A stretch of 64,000 nucleotides of DNA. Origin: Octopus vulgaris. Taxonomy: Eukaryota. The translations under genes were made by a program, and so were the position numbers. The stretch is from positions 27,218,001 to 27,282,000 of the forward strand of contig OX597831.1 in NCBI GenBank assembly GCA_951406725.2. Reading direction: 5' to 3'. Shown one piece after another: positions 1-12,847 of the stretch. The number at the start of each line of letters is the position of its first letter. Position 1 is the first letter of the stretch. Below the pieces are notes generated by a model that made no database searches, was not told the DNA's origin, and saw nothing but the letters and a program-made list of their open reading frames with translations.

Positions 1-172
1 CGTTACGTTCTGAGTTCAAATTCCGCCGAGGTCGACTTTGCCTTTCATCCTTTCGGGGTCGATTAAATAAGTACCAGTTACGCACTGAAGTCGATATAAT
101 CGACTTAATCCGTTTGTCTGTCCTTGTTTGTCCCCTCTGTGTGTAGCCCATAGTGGGCAGTAAAGAAATAGG
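1..172 (+). mobile_element. SINE family A, cut by window edge
   Basis: B-box-like GAGTTCAAATTCC, core GCCTTTCATCCTTTCGGGGTCGAT and tail ...GTAAAGAAATAG; matches >20 other copies in the window. Confidence 0.85.
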
Positions 173-379
173 TATATCCTCCTTCATATTTTAAGAGGGC
201 TTGCGCCATCACGTTATTGGTATCTGACGATACGCCATAGAGCTAAACTTTTTATGCACAGAAAACCTATGGTAATCCCATAAACCGGCCTTCCCCATTA
301 ACATATTCTGCTCTACATCTTAAAGTGAGCTTCTTCTTTCGGATTTATGTTTTTTTACAAACTATATATATATATATAT

Positions 380-527
380 ATACCGGAGTAAACACATAAA
401 TGTGAAACAAGGTGGAAAAAAGAGTACACATATGCTTTATTTAAAAACAGCAGAAATGTAACAAAAGCTGTTCTTCGGAGTTTCAGTAACAGCTTTTGTT
501 CAATTTCTGCTGCTTTTAAATAAAGTA
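380..527. mobile_element. TA-embedded Penelope-like remnant with foldback (family P3)
   Basis: Homologous to 19450-19635 and 48805-48975; internal inverted repeat at ~436-525; flanked by (TA)n. Confidence 0.5.
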
Positions 528-544
528 TATATATATATATTCGC

Positions 545-737
545 GATGATAGATCGCTAGCCACTACACATTCTTTATTTTCTCTCCTTGTTTCTTTCTG
601 TGTTCCTTTCTGTGGAAGAGCGTAGGATCGAAACGTTAAAGACTTTTTCACTTTCCGAGCATTATACTAATACATATGTTTGTTGTCTACACCACCTGTC
701 TTCGTCTTTCGTAGTTTTTTTTTTGTGAATTCTCCCT
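545..737 (+). mobile_element. TA-embedded small element with hammerhead-like motif (family P1)
   Basis: Near-identical to 2277-2472 (-) and 54912-55095 (+); CTGTGGA-stem-GAAACGTT motif; (TA)n on both sides. Confidence 0.6.
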
Positions 738-769
738 ATATATATATATATGCATATATATATACACAC

Positions 770-1012
770 GTAGGATTGCGGTTTCGATTCCCAGACCGGG
801 CGTTGTGTGTTTATTGAGCGAAAACACCTAAAAGCTCCACGAGTCTCCGGTGGTGATCCCTGCTGTACTCTTTCACCACTCTTTCTTCTGTTGGCCTGCT
901 CGCTTAGCCAGCGGGGTGGCGTTATTCGAAGGCTAAAACAATGCGAACGCATTGTGACCAGCGATGTGTAACAACATCTGATAGCCTGGTCAGTCACGGT
1001 GATCACGGTGAT
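770..1012 (+). mobile_element. tRNA-derived SINE family C, 5'-truncated
   Basis: GGTTTCGATTCCCAGACCGGGCG...GAGCGAAAACACCTAAAAGCTCCACG homologous to 30471-30770 and 54035-54346; (CACGGTGAT)2 tail. Confidence 0.7.
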
Positions 1013-1256
1013 ATACACATACATATATACACGTGCGCCCTCATAAACGTGTCTGTGGTGCTGTATCTGTGCTTATTTTTACGTGTCAAAACAAACCTGG
1101 TGTTGTTGCCTGTGGCTCGTAATTTAACGGTTCGTTGAATATTTATCGATTAAAAAAGTAGCACGCCGATGGAAATACTGGCCTCGAAGAAAAGTAAATA
1201 AGTAAATTAACATTGGCGCGATCAAACGTCTGAAACCAATAAACAACAACAACAAC

Positions 1257-1287
<31 letters not shown>

Positions 1288-1390
1288 GTAAATATATGTG
1301 TGCGTGTGTGTATGGGTGTATGCACACATACATTTACACATACATACGTACATACATACATGCATACACACACACACACACACACATATA

Positions 1391-1710
1391 TAGGCACAGG
1401 CACGTCTGGTAAGATACTTACTTCCCATTCACATGGTTCCGGGTTCAAGCCCACTGCGTGGCACCTTGGGCAAGTTATCTTCTGCTATAGCTTCGGGCCG
1501 AGCAAAGCCTTGTGAGTGGATTTGGTAAACGGAAATTGAAAGAAGACCGTCATACATACATGTGTGTGTGTGGGTGTTGTGTATTTGTGTGTTTGCGTCT
1601 GAGTTTATTCTGCACCACCACCATCGCTTAACAACCGATGGTGGTGTGTTTACGTCCCCGTAACTTAACGGTTCGGCCGCAGTCAAATGGCTGAATCAAA
1701 TGAAAGAATA
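1391..1710 (+). mobile_element. SINE family B (tRNA head, CORE-like block, internal microsatellite)
   Basis: GGTTCCGGGTTCAAG B-box, CCTTGGGCAAGT CORE-like motif; matches other family B copies. Confidence 0.8.
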
Positions 1711-1729
1711 AAATAATATACTATATCTT

Positions 1730-2112
1730 TTTTTTTTGTTTCAGTCACTGAACTGCGGCCTTGCTGGAGCATCATTTTGAAGGGTTTAGTCAGACGAATA
1801 GACGCCCCCACCATACATATTTTTTCAAAGCCCAGTACTTATGCTGTCGGTGTCATATGCTGAACCGTTAGGTTAAAGGGACGCAAACAAACTGATACCG
1901 ATTGTGAATTGGTTTGCGGAACAAACACAAACAGAAAGACTCACACATAGATATCTGCCTACATATATACGATGCGCTTCTTTCAATTGCGGTCCATTGA
2001 ATCTACTCACAAGACTTTGGTGTAATAGAAAGCACTTGCTTTAAGACGCAGCGCGTGGAATTGAACCCAGAACCACATGGTTGGGAAACAAACATTTTAC
2101 CAGACATGCACC
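1730..2112 (-). mobile_element. SINE family B, diverged
   Basis: Reverse-complement match to family B head and tail. Confidence 0.7.
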
Positions 2113-2242
2113 TATGTATGTATGTATGTATGTATGTATGTATGTATGTATGTATGTATGCATGCATGCATGCATGCATGTATGTATGTATGTATGTATG
2201 TATGTATGTATGTATGTATGTATGTATGTATGTATGTATGTA

Positions 2243-2276
<34 letters not shown>

Positions 2277-2471
2277 GGGAGAATTCACAAAAAAAAAAAC
2301 AAAAGACGAAGACAAGTGGTGTAGACAACAAACAGATGTATTAGTATAACGCTCGGGAAGTGAAAAAGTCTTTAACGTTTCGAGCCTATGCTCTTCAACA
2401 GAAAGGAACACAGAAAGAAACAAGGAGAGAAAATAAAGAATGTGTAGTGGCTAGCGATCTATCATGGCGAA

Positions 2472-2472
<1 letters not shown>
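2277..2472 (-). mobile_element. TA-embedded small element with hammerhead-like motif (family P1)
   Basis: Reverse complement of 545-737; core reads CTGTTGA...GAAACGTT. Confidence 0.6.
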
Positions 2473-2541
<69 letters not shown>

Positions 2542-2990
2542 TTTATTTCTCTCAGTCATTTGACTGCAGCCGTACTGGAGCACTGCCTTTAGACGAACAA
2601 ATTACACACACACACACACACATCGTTTTTGTATTTGGTTTGCAAGATTTTTTATGTGAAATCGTGTGTTGTGTCTGGGGAGAGTTCAATTTCCACTCAT
2701 TTATTTATTCATTTAAGAATCAACGAAAATTTTAGAAAATCAGATAAGGAAATGTGTGGAAACAGAATGACTCTCCCCAGATACAATATATATATATATA
2801 TATATATATCAGATAAACTAATGAAGGCTATTGAACCGAAGCTTTGAAGTCACTGCCGACCATTTCCTTGTGTAAATAGAATAAATATGTTATTCTACTG
2901 AAAGGTATTGAGTGGTTCATAGGTTTAATATTTGATTGTTTTCAATACGTAAACAGAATTTCTAAAAACGCATTAATATAAACATACATA

Positions 2991-3452
2991 AGGCGGTGAG
3001 CTGGTTAGATCGTTTGCACACCGGGGAAATGCTTAGCGGCATTTCGTCCGTCATTGTGCTCAGAGCTCAAATTCCGTCGAAGTCGACTTTATCATTCATC
3101 TTTTCGGGGTCAATGAAATAAGTACCAGTCGAAACCTGGAATTGATGTAATCGACTTGGCCCTTCCCCTGAAATTACTGGCCTTGTGCCAAAATTTAAAA
3201 GCAATATAAGTATGTATATACATTTCTTTACTATCCACAAGAGGCCAAACACAGAGGGGACAAACAAGGACAGACAAATGGATTAAGTCGATTACATCGA
3301 CCCCAGTGCGTAACTGATACTTTATTTATCGACCTCGAAAGGATGAAAGGCAAAGTCGATCTCGGCAGAATTTGAACTCAGAACGTAACGGCAGATGAAA
3401 TACGGCTACGCATTTCGCCCGGTATGCTAACGTTTCTGCCAGCCCGCCGCCT
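2991..3452. mobile_element. Two SINE A copies tail-to-tail (2991-3205 +, 3222-3452 -)
   Basis: GGCGG(C/T)GAGCTGG heads and family A core on opposite strands. Confidence 0.8.
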
Positions 3453-3769
3453 TGTATGTATATATACATATTTATATGTGTGTGTGTGTGTGCGTGTGTG
3501 CAAGTTTTACATGCACACATACATGTATGTGTATGTGTGTCCTGAGTATGACATTACACTGCATCCGGTAGTGATGGTACAGATGCGAGAGTTCCAAGGT
3601 TTTGAGGAGTGCTGAACCTCCTCTTAGCCTCTATTGTTCCCAGCTCTCTTTATACCTTGAGTAGCAAAGCATGTCAAGGACACAGCTATGGGTTAATTAT
3701 CATTCTACAGCTTGCTTTCCCATGCAAGTGAAGACTGGATTGGAAGGACTCTGCAAAAGAAACATTCAT

Positions 3770-4694
3770 ATTTCTTTACTGCCCACAAGGGGCTACACAC
3801 AGAGGGGACAAACAAGAACAGAGAAACAGATTAGGTCGATTATATCGACCCCAGTGCGTAACTGGTACTTATTTAATCGACCCCGAAAGGATGAAAGGCA
3901 AAGTCGACCTTGGCGGAATTTGAACTCTGAACGTAGCAGCAGACGAAATACCTATTTCTTTACTACCCACAAGGGGCCAAATACAGAGAGGACAAACAAG
4001 GACAGACAAACGGATTAAGTCGATTATATCGACCCCGAAAGGATGAAAGGCAAAGTCGACCTTGGCGGAATTTGAACTCTGAACGTAGCAGCAGACGAAA
4101 TACCTATTTCTTTATTAACCACAAGGGGCTAAACACAGAGAGGACAAACAAAGACAGACAAAGGGATTAGGTCGATTATATCAACCCCAGTGCGTCACTG
4201 GTACTTATTTAATCGACCCCGAAAGGATGAAAGGCAAAGTCGACCTTGGCGGAATTTGAACTCTGAACGTAGCAGCAGACGAAATACCTATTTCTTTATT
4301 AACCACAAGGGGCTAAACACAGAGAGGACAAACAAAGACAGACAAAGGGATTAGGTCGATTATATCAACCCCAGTGCGTCACTGGTACTTATTTAATCGA
4401 CTCCGAAAGGATGAAAGGCAAAGTCGACCTTGGCGGAATTTTAACTCTGAACGTGGCAGCAGACGAAATACTTATTTCTTTACTACCTTACAAGGGGCCA
4501 AACACAGAGAGGACAAACAAGGACAGACAAACGGATTAAGTCGATTATATCGACCCCAGTGCGTAGCTGGTACTTAATTTATCGACTCCGAAAGGATGAA
4601 AGGCAAAGTCGACCTCGGCGGAATTTGAACTCAGAACGTAACGGCAGACGAAATACGGCTACGCATTTCGCCTCGTCGCCTTTTCTGCCAGCTC
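3770..4694 (-). mobile_element. SINE A five-unit head-to-tail multimer
   Basis: Five ~150-185 bp units (tails at ~3770, 3954, 4105, 4289, 4473); 17-bp TSD GCAAAAGAAACATTCAT at 3753-3769 and 4695-4711. Confidence 0.9.
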
Positions 4695-4984
4695 GCAAAA
4701 GAAACATTCATGACTCAACAGAGGCGAAGGCGTTGCAACAGTGCAACGTGGTGTGCCGAAAGCAAGATGAGGCAAGCAAGACATTATGGTCATTCAATGC
4801 GTCTGCCTGCGTCCCCATCTCTTGCCACAATACTGAAGAGGGTTACGGACGAGAGAGTGAGTCTGACGGTACGCAACTCTTCTTCACTTAAAAACAAAGT
4901 CACCGCCCAAGTCATTAGTCATATCACCTTCTTGCAACCTGCTGCTGCTAAGCCATTCCACTGCTGACAGCCGGCTGTACAACA

Positions 4985-5345
4985 CATGTGTCCTCTACCG
5001 AAAAGGTAACCGCTTCCCACGCTTGCTGATCAATTGTTTTGTCTCATTTTGTCTCAAAGTCGTAAGACGCCCCCGTATCATTCCTGTTTTTATTCGTTAC
5101 TGTTTCCAATTTTATCTTCGTCTCTTGTTTTCCTATTCGTCTCGGTTATCACATTCTTTCCTTCTACCAAGCAAATCTAATGCTCATAGCTTAGCTTTTC
5201 CTTGGGGCTGGCCTTTTCGGAGCAAATCTCAGAATTAAACAGCCGAAATTTGCCATGATGAATCGGTTTCTGACTGAAGAATGAAGGCTCTGAATTACTG
5301 TCCGTTTTTCCGTGTTTGTCAATTCGTGAATTTCACGTTCTTTAT
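4985..5345 (+). mobile_element. Dispersed repeat homologous to 41080-41513
   Basis: Shared AGTCGTAAGAC, AAATCTAATGCTC.TAGCTTAG.TTTTCCTTGGG and GACTGAAGA.TGAAGGCT blocks; ends in (TA)n. Confidence 0.6.
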
Positions 5346-5355
5346 ATATAAGTTT

Positions 5356-5413
<58 letters not shown>

Positions 5414-5710
5414 TATAATTTAGGGTATCTAATAGATACCACCACGCTGGAAATAGCAGCCAAAACTTGACTCTAAATCCACATTAATTTTAATAATAAT
5501 TATTAACTTTGAAGGTTTTTATACCCATGCTGGCCACCTGATAAGATCGGTATTTAAATATTTATATAACTTCATGTGTGTGTGTGTGAGTGTGTGTGTG
5601 CGTGTGCGTGTGCGTGTATGTATGTATGTATGTATGTATGTATGTATGTATGTATGTATGTATTTATGTATGTATATATATATAAATATATATGTGTGTG
5701 TATGTATGTA

Positions 5711-5746
<36 letters not shown>

Positions 5747-6346
5747 CTGTAATCCACCGCCTATCGCGGGTGTTACGTTCCAAAACCGCGATAGGTGAAA
5801 ATCCGCGAGGTAGAAACAGTACTGTACTGTATAATTTGTATATATTTGTTTTATCATAAGTGCAAAACACCACGGATGAATCGACGTAAGCTTAAATAAT
5901 AAACTACGATATGGCGAGGGATTACTATATATGTATATATATATATATATTAATGCCAGTCACTTATTCATTTAAGCTCTTCACTCCTTCTGGAGCAGAG
6001 GCCATCGACGACTTCTCTCTACTGTTCTGGGCACTGAGTTGTCTTTTTTACTATCCAGGTTTTTGTTGATTTTGAATTGCCATTCATGCTTCTACATTGC
6101 TTTTTTTTCCTAGGCAGGGGTGTTTAAAGAAACACATTTTTTTCTGACCTCTATCTTTTGACCTGTTCTGCAGGGGAGGCCTTATCAGAACATTATGATC
6201 TGATTGTATAGCTGTCAGGGTCATTAAAACAAACAAGCCACCGCACTAAAACAATGACTGAACCTTGTGGTGGAAAACAAAATATTGCAGGTGGTATGAA
6301 AGTAAAGTCTCCATCACAAGAATTAGCAATGTGTTGGTGCTATTAG

Positions 6347-6762
6347 GGCGGCGAGCTGACAGAATCGTTAGCACGCCGGGCGAAATGCTTAGCGGTATTT
6401 CATCTGCCGCTACGTTCTGAGTTCAAATTTCGCCGAGGTCGAATTTGCCTTTCATCCTTTCGGGGTCGAATAATTAAGTACCAGTTACGTACTGGGGTCG
6501 ATATAATCGACTTAATCCGTTTGTCTCTCCTTGTTTGTCTCCTCTGTGTTTAGTGCCTTGTGGGTAGTAAAGAAATTGGTATTTCGTCTGCCGCTACGTT
6601 CTGAGTTCAAATTCCGCCGATGTCGACTTTGCCTTTCATCCTTTCGGGGTCGATAAATTAAGTATCAGTTACGCAGTAGGGTCGATGTAATCGACTTAAT
6701 CCCTTTGTCTGTCCTTGTTTGTCTCTTCTATATTTAGACCCCTGAGGGCAATAAAGAAATAA
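6347..6762 (+). mobile_element. SINE A dimer
   Basis: Full head then second unit joined at GAAATTG|GTATTTCGTCTG. Confidence 0.85.
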
Positions 6763-6905
6763 TTATAAGACAGAAATGCGTGACAAAGAGAGGATATAGA
6801 AGTTCCAGTCGCTCTGTTTCATTTGCCAAAGGAGTTAGTAGCTACAAAGGAAGGTTTGCAAGTCTTTGCTCATAGCGATCCTAACAGTTAACATAAGGTA
6901 AGAAT

Positions 6906-7027
6906 CCTTTCGGGGTCGATAAATTAAGTATCAGTTACGCAGTAGGGTCGATGTAATCGACTTAATCCCTTTGTCTGTCCTTGTTTGTCTCCTCTATGTT
7001 TAGCCCCTTGTGGGCAATAAAGAAATA
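6906..7027 (+). mobile_element. 5'-truncated SINE A with TSD
   Basis: 13-bp TSD ATAAGGTAAGAAT at 6893-6905 and 7028-7040. Confidence 0.85.
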
Positions 7028-7234
7028 ATAAGGTAAGAATAACAAGCGATGTTCATAAAGACTTCAGTTCATATACTGCGGTGTGCAAGAAGCTGGTGTT
7101 GAGGTAACATGGCTCGACAATCAACGGGCCATGGTTCAATACTGGGCCGTGGATCATATGATAACGAGATGTACAGAAAGAATCTTAAAATATATATATG
7201 TATACAGTTTTTCTTCCATAGATTTTAATGCTAT

Positions 7235-7637
7235 TACTCTTTACTCTTTTACTTGTTTCAGTCATTTGACTGTGGCCATCCTGGAGCACCACCTTTAGTC
7301 GAGCAAATCGACCCCGGGACTTATTCTTTGTAAGCCCAGTACTTATTCTATCGGTCTCTTTTGCCGAACCGCTAAGTGACGGGGACGTAAACACACCAGC
7401 ATCGGTTGTCAAGCAATGCTAGGGGGACAAACACACACACACACATACATATACATATACATACATATATACGACAGGCTTCTTTCAGTTTCCGTCTACC
7501 AAATCCACTCACAAGGCATTGGTCAGCCCGGGGTATAGCAGAAGACACTTGCCCAAGATGCCACACAGTGGGACTGAACCCGGAACCATGTGGTTGGTTA
7601 GCAAGCTACTTACCACACAACCAGCCACTCCTGCGCC
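7235..7637 (-). mobile_element. SINE family B, full length
   Basis: Complete head to (AAAGAGTA)n tail on minus strand. Confidence 0.9.
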
Positions 7638-8050
7638 TGGTCGTATTAAAAAAAAAATTTTTTTTCGTTTCGCCATTGTCCGTTTTCATACCACAGACCA
7701 ACTCATTTTCTTGCTTATGCCTGTTACCTGAAACCATAAATGTTTCATCACATCTGTATCTGCATCTCATATTTGCTGGAACCAAGTCGGAACAACCGCT
7801 GTGCTAATGAGGCCTGAACACCTGTTCCTATCGGTTCTCTCGTTGCCAAACAATCAAGCTGTCATTTGTTAAACGGTATTGTTAGATTTCGGAAAATTTT
7901 TGATGTTTGAGATTTCTTCCATTTTTCATTCGGGATTTTGTCCAAATTACCACAAGGTATATATTTATTTTTCTCTCGAAGGAAAGACAATTTGAATGAA
8001 TTAAAAAATTATTTTGTGCCCCCATTTAATATAACTTTATTCGTTTTTGT

Positions 8051-8094
<44 letters not shown>

Positions 8095-8168
8095 GAATTA
8101 TATATACTACATACATATATGTACCTATATCCATCCATTCATCCATCCGTCCATCCATCATAATACAT

Positions 8169-8243
<75 letters not shown>

Positions 8244-8536
8244 AAGGAGAAGAACAAGAACAAGAAAAAAAAAGGATAAGAAGAGGAAGAAGTAGGAGTA
8301 TTAGCAGTCTTAGGCACACACATACATATTTGTTCATGCGTACACATACACACACACAAACAAACACACTCAACACAAACATATTCACACACGCACATAC
8401 TCACACACACTCACACACATTCACAGTCACACACGCACATGCACACAGTCACACACACTCAATACATATATTCACACACGCACATACTCACACACACTCA
8501 CACACATTCACAGTCACACACGCACACACACACACA

Positions 8537-8570
<34 letters not shown>

Positions 8571-8659
8571 GCAATAACCATGTGTTTGTAAGAAACCCTG
8601 TTATAGCATAGAAATATGAACATAAACAGACATACTGACAGACAGGATGCCGATGCTGT

Positions 8660-9660
8660 TGTCGCTGATGATGATGATGATGATGATGGGCGGGGGTGGT
8701 AATGACGATGGCGATGGCGACGATGAGGAAGGTGATGATGATGATGATGATGGTGATGACGGTGACAGCGGTAATAGTGATGGTGATGGTCGAGGAGGGT
8801 GGGGGTGATGGTAAGGGTTAATGATGGTGACGATAGTGATGATGATGATGACGACGACGACGGCAGTAGTGGTGATTGTGTTGGTGGCGGAGGTGATGAC
8901 GATGGTGGTGGTGGTGGTGGTGGTGGTGATGGTTTTGGTTCTAATGATGCTGATGGCGAAGGTGATGATGGTGGTGGTCGTGGTGGTGGTTCTGTTGTTG
9001 GTACTGATGATGCTGATGACGACGGCGATGGTGGTGATGAGGGTGGTGGTGATGGTATGGTGGTGGTGGTGGTGTTGGTACTGATGATGCTGATGACGAC
9101 GGTGATGGTGGTGATGAGGGTGGTGGTGATGGTGGTGGTGGTGGTACTGATGAAGCTGATGACGATGGCGATGGTGGTGGTAGTGGTGGTGGTGGTGGTG
9201 GTGATGGTGGTGGTGTGGTGGTGGTACTGATGATGCTGATGACGATGGCGATGGTGGTGGTGGTGGTGGTGGTGGTGATGGTGGTGGTGGTGGTGGTGGT
9301 GGTGGTGGTACTGCTGATGACGATGGCGATGGTGGTGATGAGGTGGTGGTGGTGATGGTGGTGGTGGTGGTGGTACTGATGATGCTGATGACGATGGCGA
9401 TGGTGGTGATGAGGGTGGTGGTGGTGGTGGTGGTACTGATGATGCTGATGACGATGGCGATGGTGGTGATGAGGGTGGTGGTGATGATGGTGGTGGTGAT
9501 GATGGTGGTGGTGGTGGTACTGCTGATGCTGATGACGATGGCGATGGTGGTGGTGGTGGTGGTGGTGGTGGTACTGATGATGCTGATGACGATGGCGATG
9601 GTGGTGATGATGGTGTTGGTGTTGGTGGTGGTGGTGGTGGCGGCGGCGGCGGTGGTGGAA
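8660..9660. repeat. GGT/GAT-derived low-complexity minisatellite
   Basis: Recurrent unit (GGT)n-GGTACTGATGATGCTGATGACGATGGCGAT. Confidence 0.9.
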
Positions 9661-9862
9661 GGCGAAATAGTATATGAAAAAGCAGATGCTGCTATTTTTT
9701 GCTGCTGCTGTTGTTGTTGTTGTTGTTGTTGTTGTTATGTTTCCGCAAATAAACACAATGAGTTGTTGTTGCGCACGCGTCAAGTGCTCACGTGTCCTCC
9801 AGCCGATGATGAATGAAGAGTAGGCGGTGTTATTTAATGAACACCAACAACACCAACAACAC

Positions 9863-9951
<89 letters not shown>

Positions 9952-9979
9952 GCTACTACTACTGCTGCTGCTGCTGCTG

Positions 9980-10028
<49 letters not shown>

Positions 10029-10075
10029 CGCCACCACCACTATCACCACCACCATCATCAACAAACCACCATCAT
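9863..10075. repeat. (CTA)n/(CTG)n/(CAC)n trinucleotide microsatellite
   Basis: Direct inspection. Confidence 0.95.
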
Positions 10076-10269
10076 CAACAAATAAAACAACATTTACCTT
10101 AAACGTTGTTTATATCAGATGTGTGTGTGTGTGTCTGTATTAGTGTGTACATGGGTACATATGTGTATACATCTATGTATGTGTATATGTGTATGTGTGA
10201 GTACATCTGTGTGTACTCGTATATGTATATATTCCTGTATGTGTTGTACACGTGAGTGTATGTGCGTGA

Positions 10270-10304
<35 letters not shown>

Positions 10305-10772
10305 GATATATATGTAGAGTATATGTGTGTGAACACGTGCAACTTGCAATGTTCTTGTGTGTAGTTTGTATTTGTGGGCGGCGCATGTGAACGTGTGCGT
10401 ACATGTATATACGTGTGTGTGTATGTGTGGGTGTGGGTGTTTGTGTGTGATTGTCTTTGTGTGGATGTGAGTGTGTGTGTATGTGTGGGTGGGTGTGTTT
10501 GTGTGTGTATGTGTGTGATTGTCTTTGTGTGTATATGAGTGTGTGTGTGTATGTGTGTGTGAGCATGTGAGCGTCTCCGTGTGGCTGTGAGATTACTTCC
10601 CAGTCACATGGTTCCGGGTTCAGTCCCTCTTTGTGACACCTTGGGGTAAGTGCCTTCTGAATAATATTGATTACAAATTTTTGCACAAGGCCAGCAATTT
10701 CGGCTGAGAGGTAAAGTCGGTTACATCGATTCCAGTGCTCAACTGGTACTTAATTTATCGACCCCGAAAGGA

Positions 10773-11280
10773 TAATAATAATAATAATAATAATGAAATT
10801 ATTGTATACAGTGCTCAGGTGCACCACAACTTGTCAAAAGTGCGTATAAAGCATATACAGTAATGTACAAATGTCTGGAAAGTGAACAGTGTATGAGTCA
10901 GATACATGCTTGCGTGTGTATGGGGTGGGGGAGAAAATCAGGTGTAGTGTTGGCGAATCTCAGAAAGCATGGAAGTTTTGAAGGATGCAGGGCTCCGACA
11001 ACTAACAACAGATGCCGGCAGTTTGTTCCATGCTTCAGCAAATTTTAGCGTGAAAAAATGTTTCTGAAAGTCATGGGAGCTGTGCTGTTTTCTGACTTTG
11101 TAAACATGTCTACGGGTGTTAGACAGGTGGAGTTTGAAAAGGTGTTCAGAGTTATTGTTAGTAAGATGGTTAATAATTTTATGGGTGTCTGCCAAGTCAG
11201 CTGCCAGACGTCGGAGTTTCAATGTATCCATGCCCAGGGAAGTAAGGCGTTCAGAATATGGCAAATGCCTGATGGAGAGT
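10773..11280 (-). mobile_element. CR1/L2-group LINE 3' fragment (ORF2 C-terminus, 3'UTR, (TTA)n tail) inserted in a SINE A
   Basis: ORF 10938-11264 YSERLTSLGMDTLKLRRLAADL...FFTLKFAEAWNKLP is the typical CR1-group ORF2 C-terminus; SINE A halves at 10682-10772 and 11288-11335. Confidence 0.85.
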
Positions 11281-11369
11281 ATTCTTTTGAAGGCAAAGTT
11301 GACTTTGGCGGCATTTGAACTCAGAACGTAAAGTTTTCCAGCGTGGTAACGATTCTATATTCTGTTAAC

Positions 11370-12308
11370 GCGGGAAACTGGCAGAATCGTTAGCACGCCG
11401 GGCAAAATGCTTAATGGCACTTCATCTGGTTGCCCAGTTCCGAGGTCAAATTCCGCTGATGTTGACTTTATCTTTTATCCTTTCAGGGTCAATAATTAAG
11501 TACCAGCTAAGAACTAGGGTCTATGTAACCGATGGGTAGCCCCTTCCCCGAAACTGTTAGCTTTGTGCGAAAATTTGAAGCAAATGCTTCACAGCATTTT
11601 CTCTATCCTTACGTTCTGAGTTCAAATTCCGCCGATGTCGACTTTGCATTTCATCCTTTTCGAGTCGAAGAAATAAGTACCATTTACGCACTGGGGTCGA
11701 TGTAATCGACTCACCCCTCCCCCAAAGTTTTGGGCCTTGTGCCATCAGTAGAAAAGATTATAAGTTGACTTTAAAACAAACAATATATGTATGCGTGTAG
11801 GGCGGCGAGCTGGCAGAACTGTTAACACGCCGGGCGAAATGCTTAGCGGTATTTCCTCTGCCGTTACGTACTGAGTTCAAATTCCGCCGAGGTCGACTTT
11901 GCCTTTCAACCTTTCGGGTTCGATTAAATAGGTGCCAGTTACGCACTGAGGTCGATGTAATCGATTTAATCCCTTTGTTTGTCCTTGTTTGTCCCCTCTA
12001 TGTTTAGCCCCTTGTGAGCAATAAAGAAATAGATGTACGTATGCGTGTGTATTATTCATTTATTTACAGTTTGATTCGGCTCCATGCAGCTTAAAGTTTC
12101 GAGCCCACGAAATACCTATTTCTTTACTACCCAGAGAAGGGACAAACAGGGACAGACAAACGGATTAAGTCGATTATATCGACCTCAGTGCGTAACTGGT
12201 ACTTATTTGATCGACCCCGAAAGGATGAAAGGGAAAGTCGACCTCGGCGGAATTTGAACTCAGAACATAGCAGCAGACGAAATACCGCTAAGCATTTCGT
12301 CCGGCGTG
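11370..12308. mobile_element. Cluster of four SINE A copies (three +, one -)
   Basis: Family A cores at ~11460, 11640, 11895 (+) and 12220 (-). Confidence 0.8.
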
Positions 12309-12439
12309 AAAGTATTAAAAAAAAAAAAACTTGAGCAAGTTGAGGGATTCCAGTGGGGGACAAGCCCTGGGAAGACAGGCTTGGAAAAAAAGTGCTTTGA
12401 ACGTTGGACGGTGACAAACAGTTGAGAGGAGAGATGTAT

Positions 12440-12830
12440 CACGATCTGTAGAAATGTACTACAACATCTCCTCCCTTGAAGAGAAACAAGTCTCACCCCG
12501 CTGACCACAGTCCTATTGCATCCATTTCCAATATTTCAGCGGCGATGGAGATAAAGAGACAGTCATCAACAGCAGCCATCTTAAACTTTTTTTGTATATC
12601 TTTCTTTCTCACTCCTTAATAATCAGCAGGTGCAGCTTTTATACAGTTCTCTTCAGTGGAGACTTCCTCTTCTTTTTCAGGCCCCACTCGACGAGAGATT
12701 TCCTTGTTTTTGACATCAACTAAAACAGTCCACTGTTTTCAGTGAACCAATCCTCGAAATCTGTCTAAATCTGCTAAAACTGTCCATCATTCAGCTTTTG
12801 AATTCGACTTCCTGTCAGAATGTATTCTTA
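12440..12830 (+). pseudogene. Highly decayed LINE reverse-transcriptase fragment (CR1/Jockey-like)
   Basis: Manual translation PLKRNKSHPADHSPIASISNISAAME resembles the P..K.....P..YRPIS..S..SK.ME RT motif; stops and frameshifts. Confidence 0.4.
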
Positions 12831-12847
12831 TAAGTGTTCGCGGACCT

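Noticed and set aside
4710-4967. ORF with RHYGHSMRLP resembling an RTE C-terminus
   Set aside because: Single weak motif; insufficient to call
8799-10102. Gly/Asp, His and Val/Met-rich ORFs
   Set aside because: Trinucleotide repeat artefacts open in several frames and on both strands
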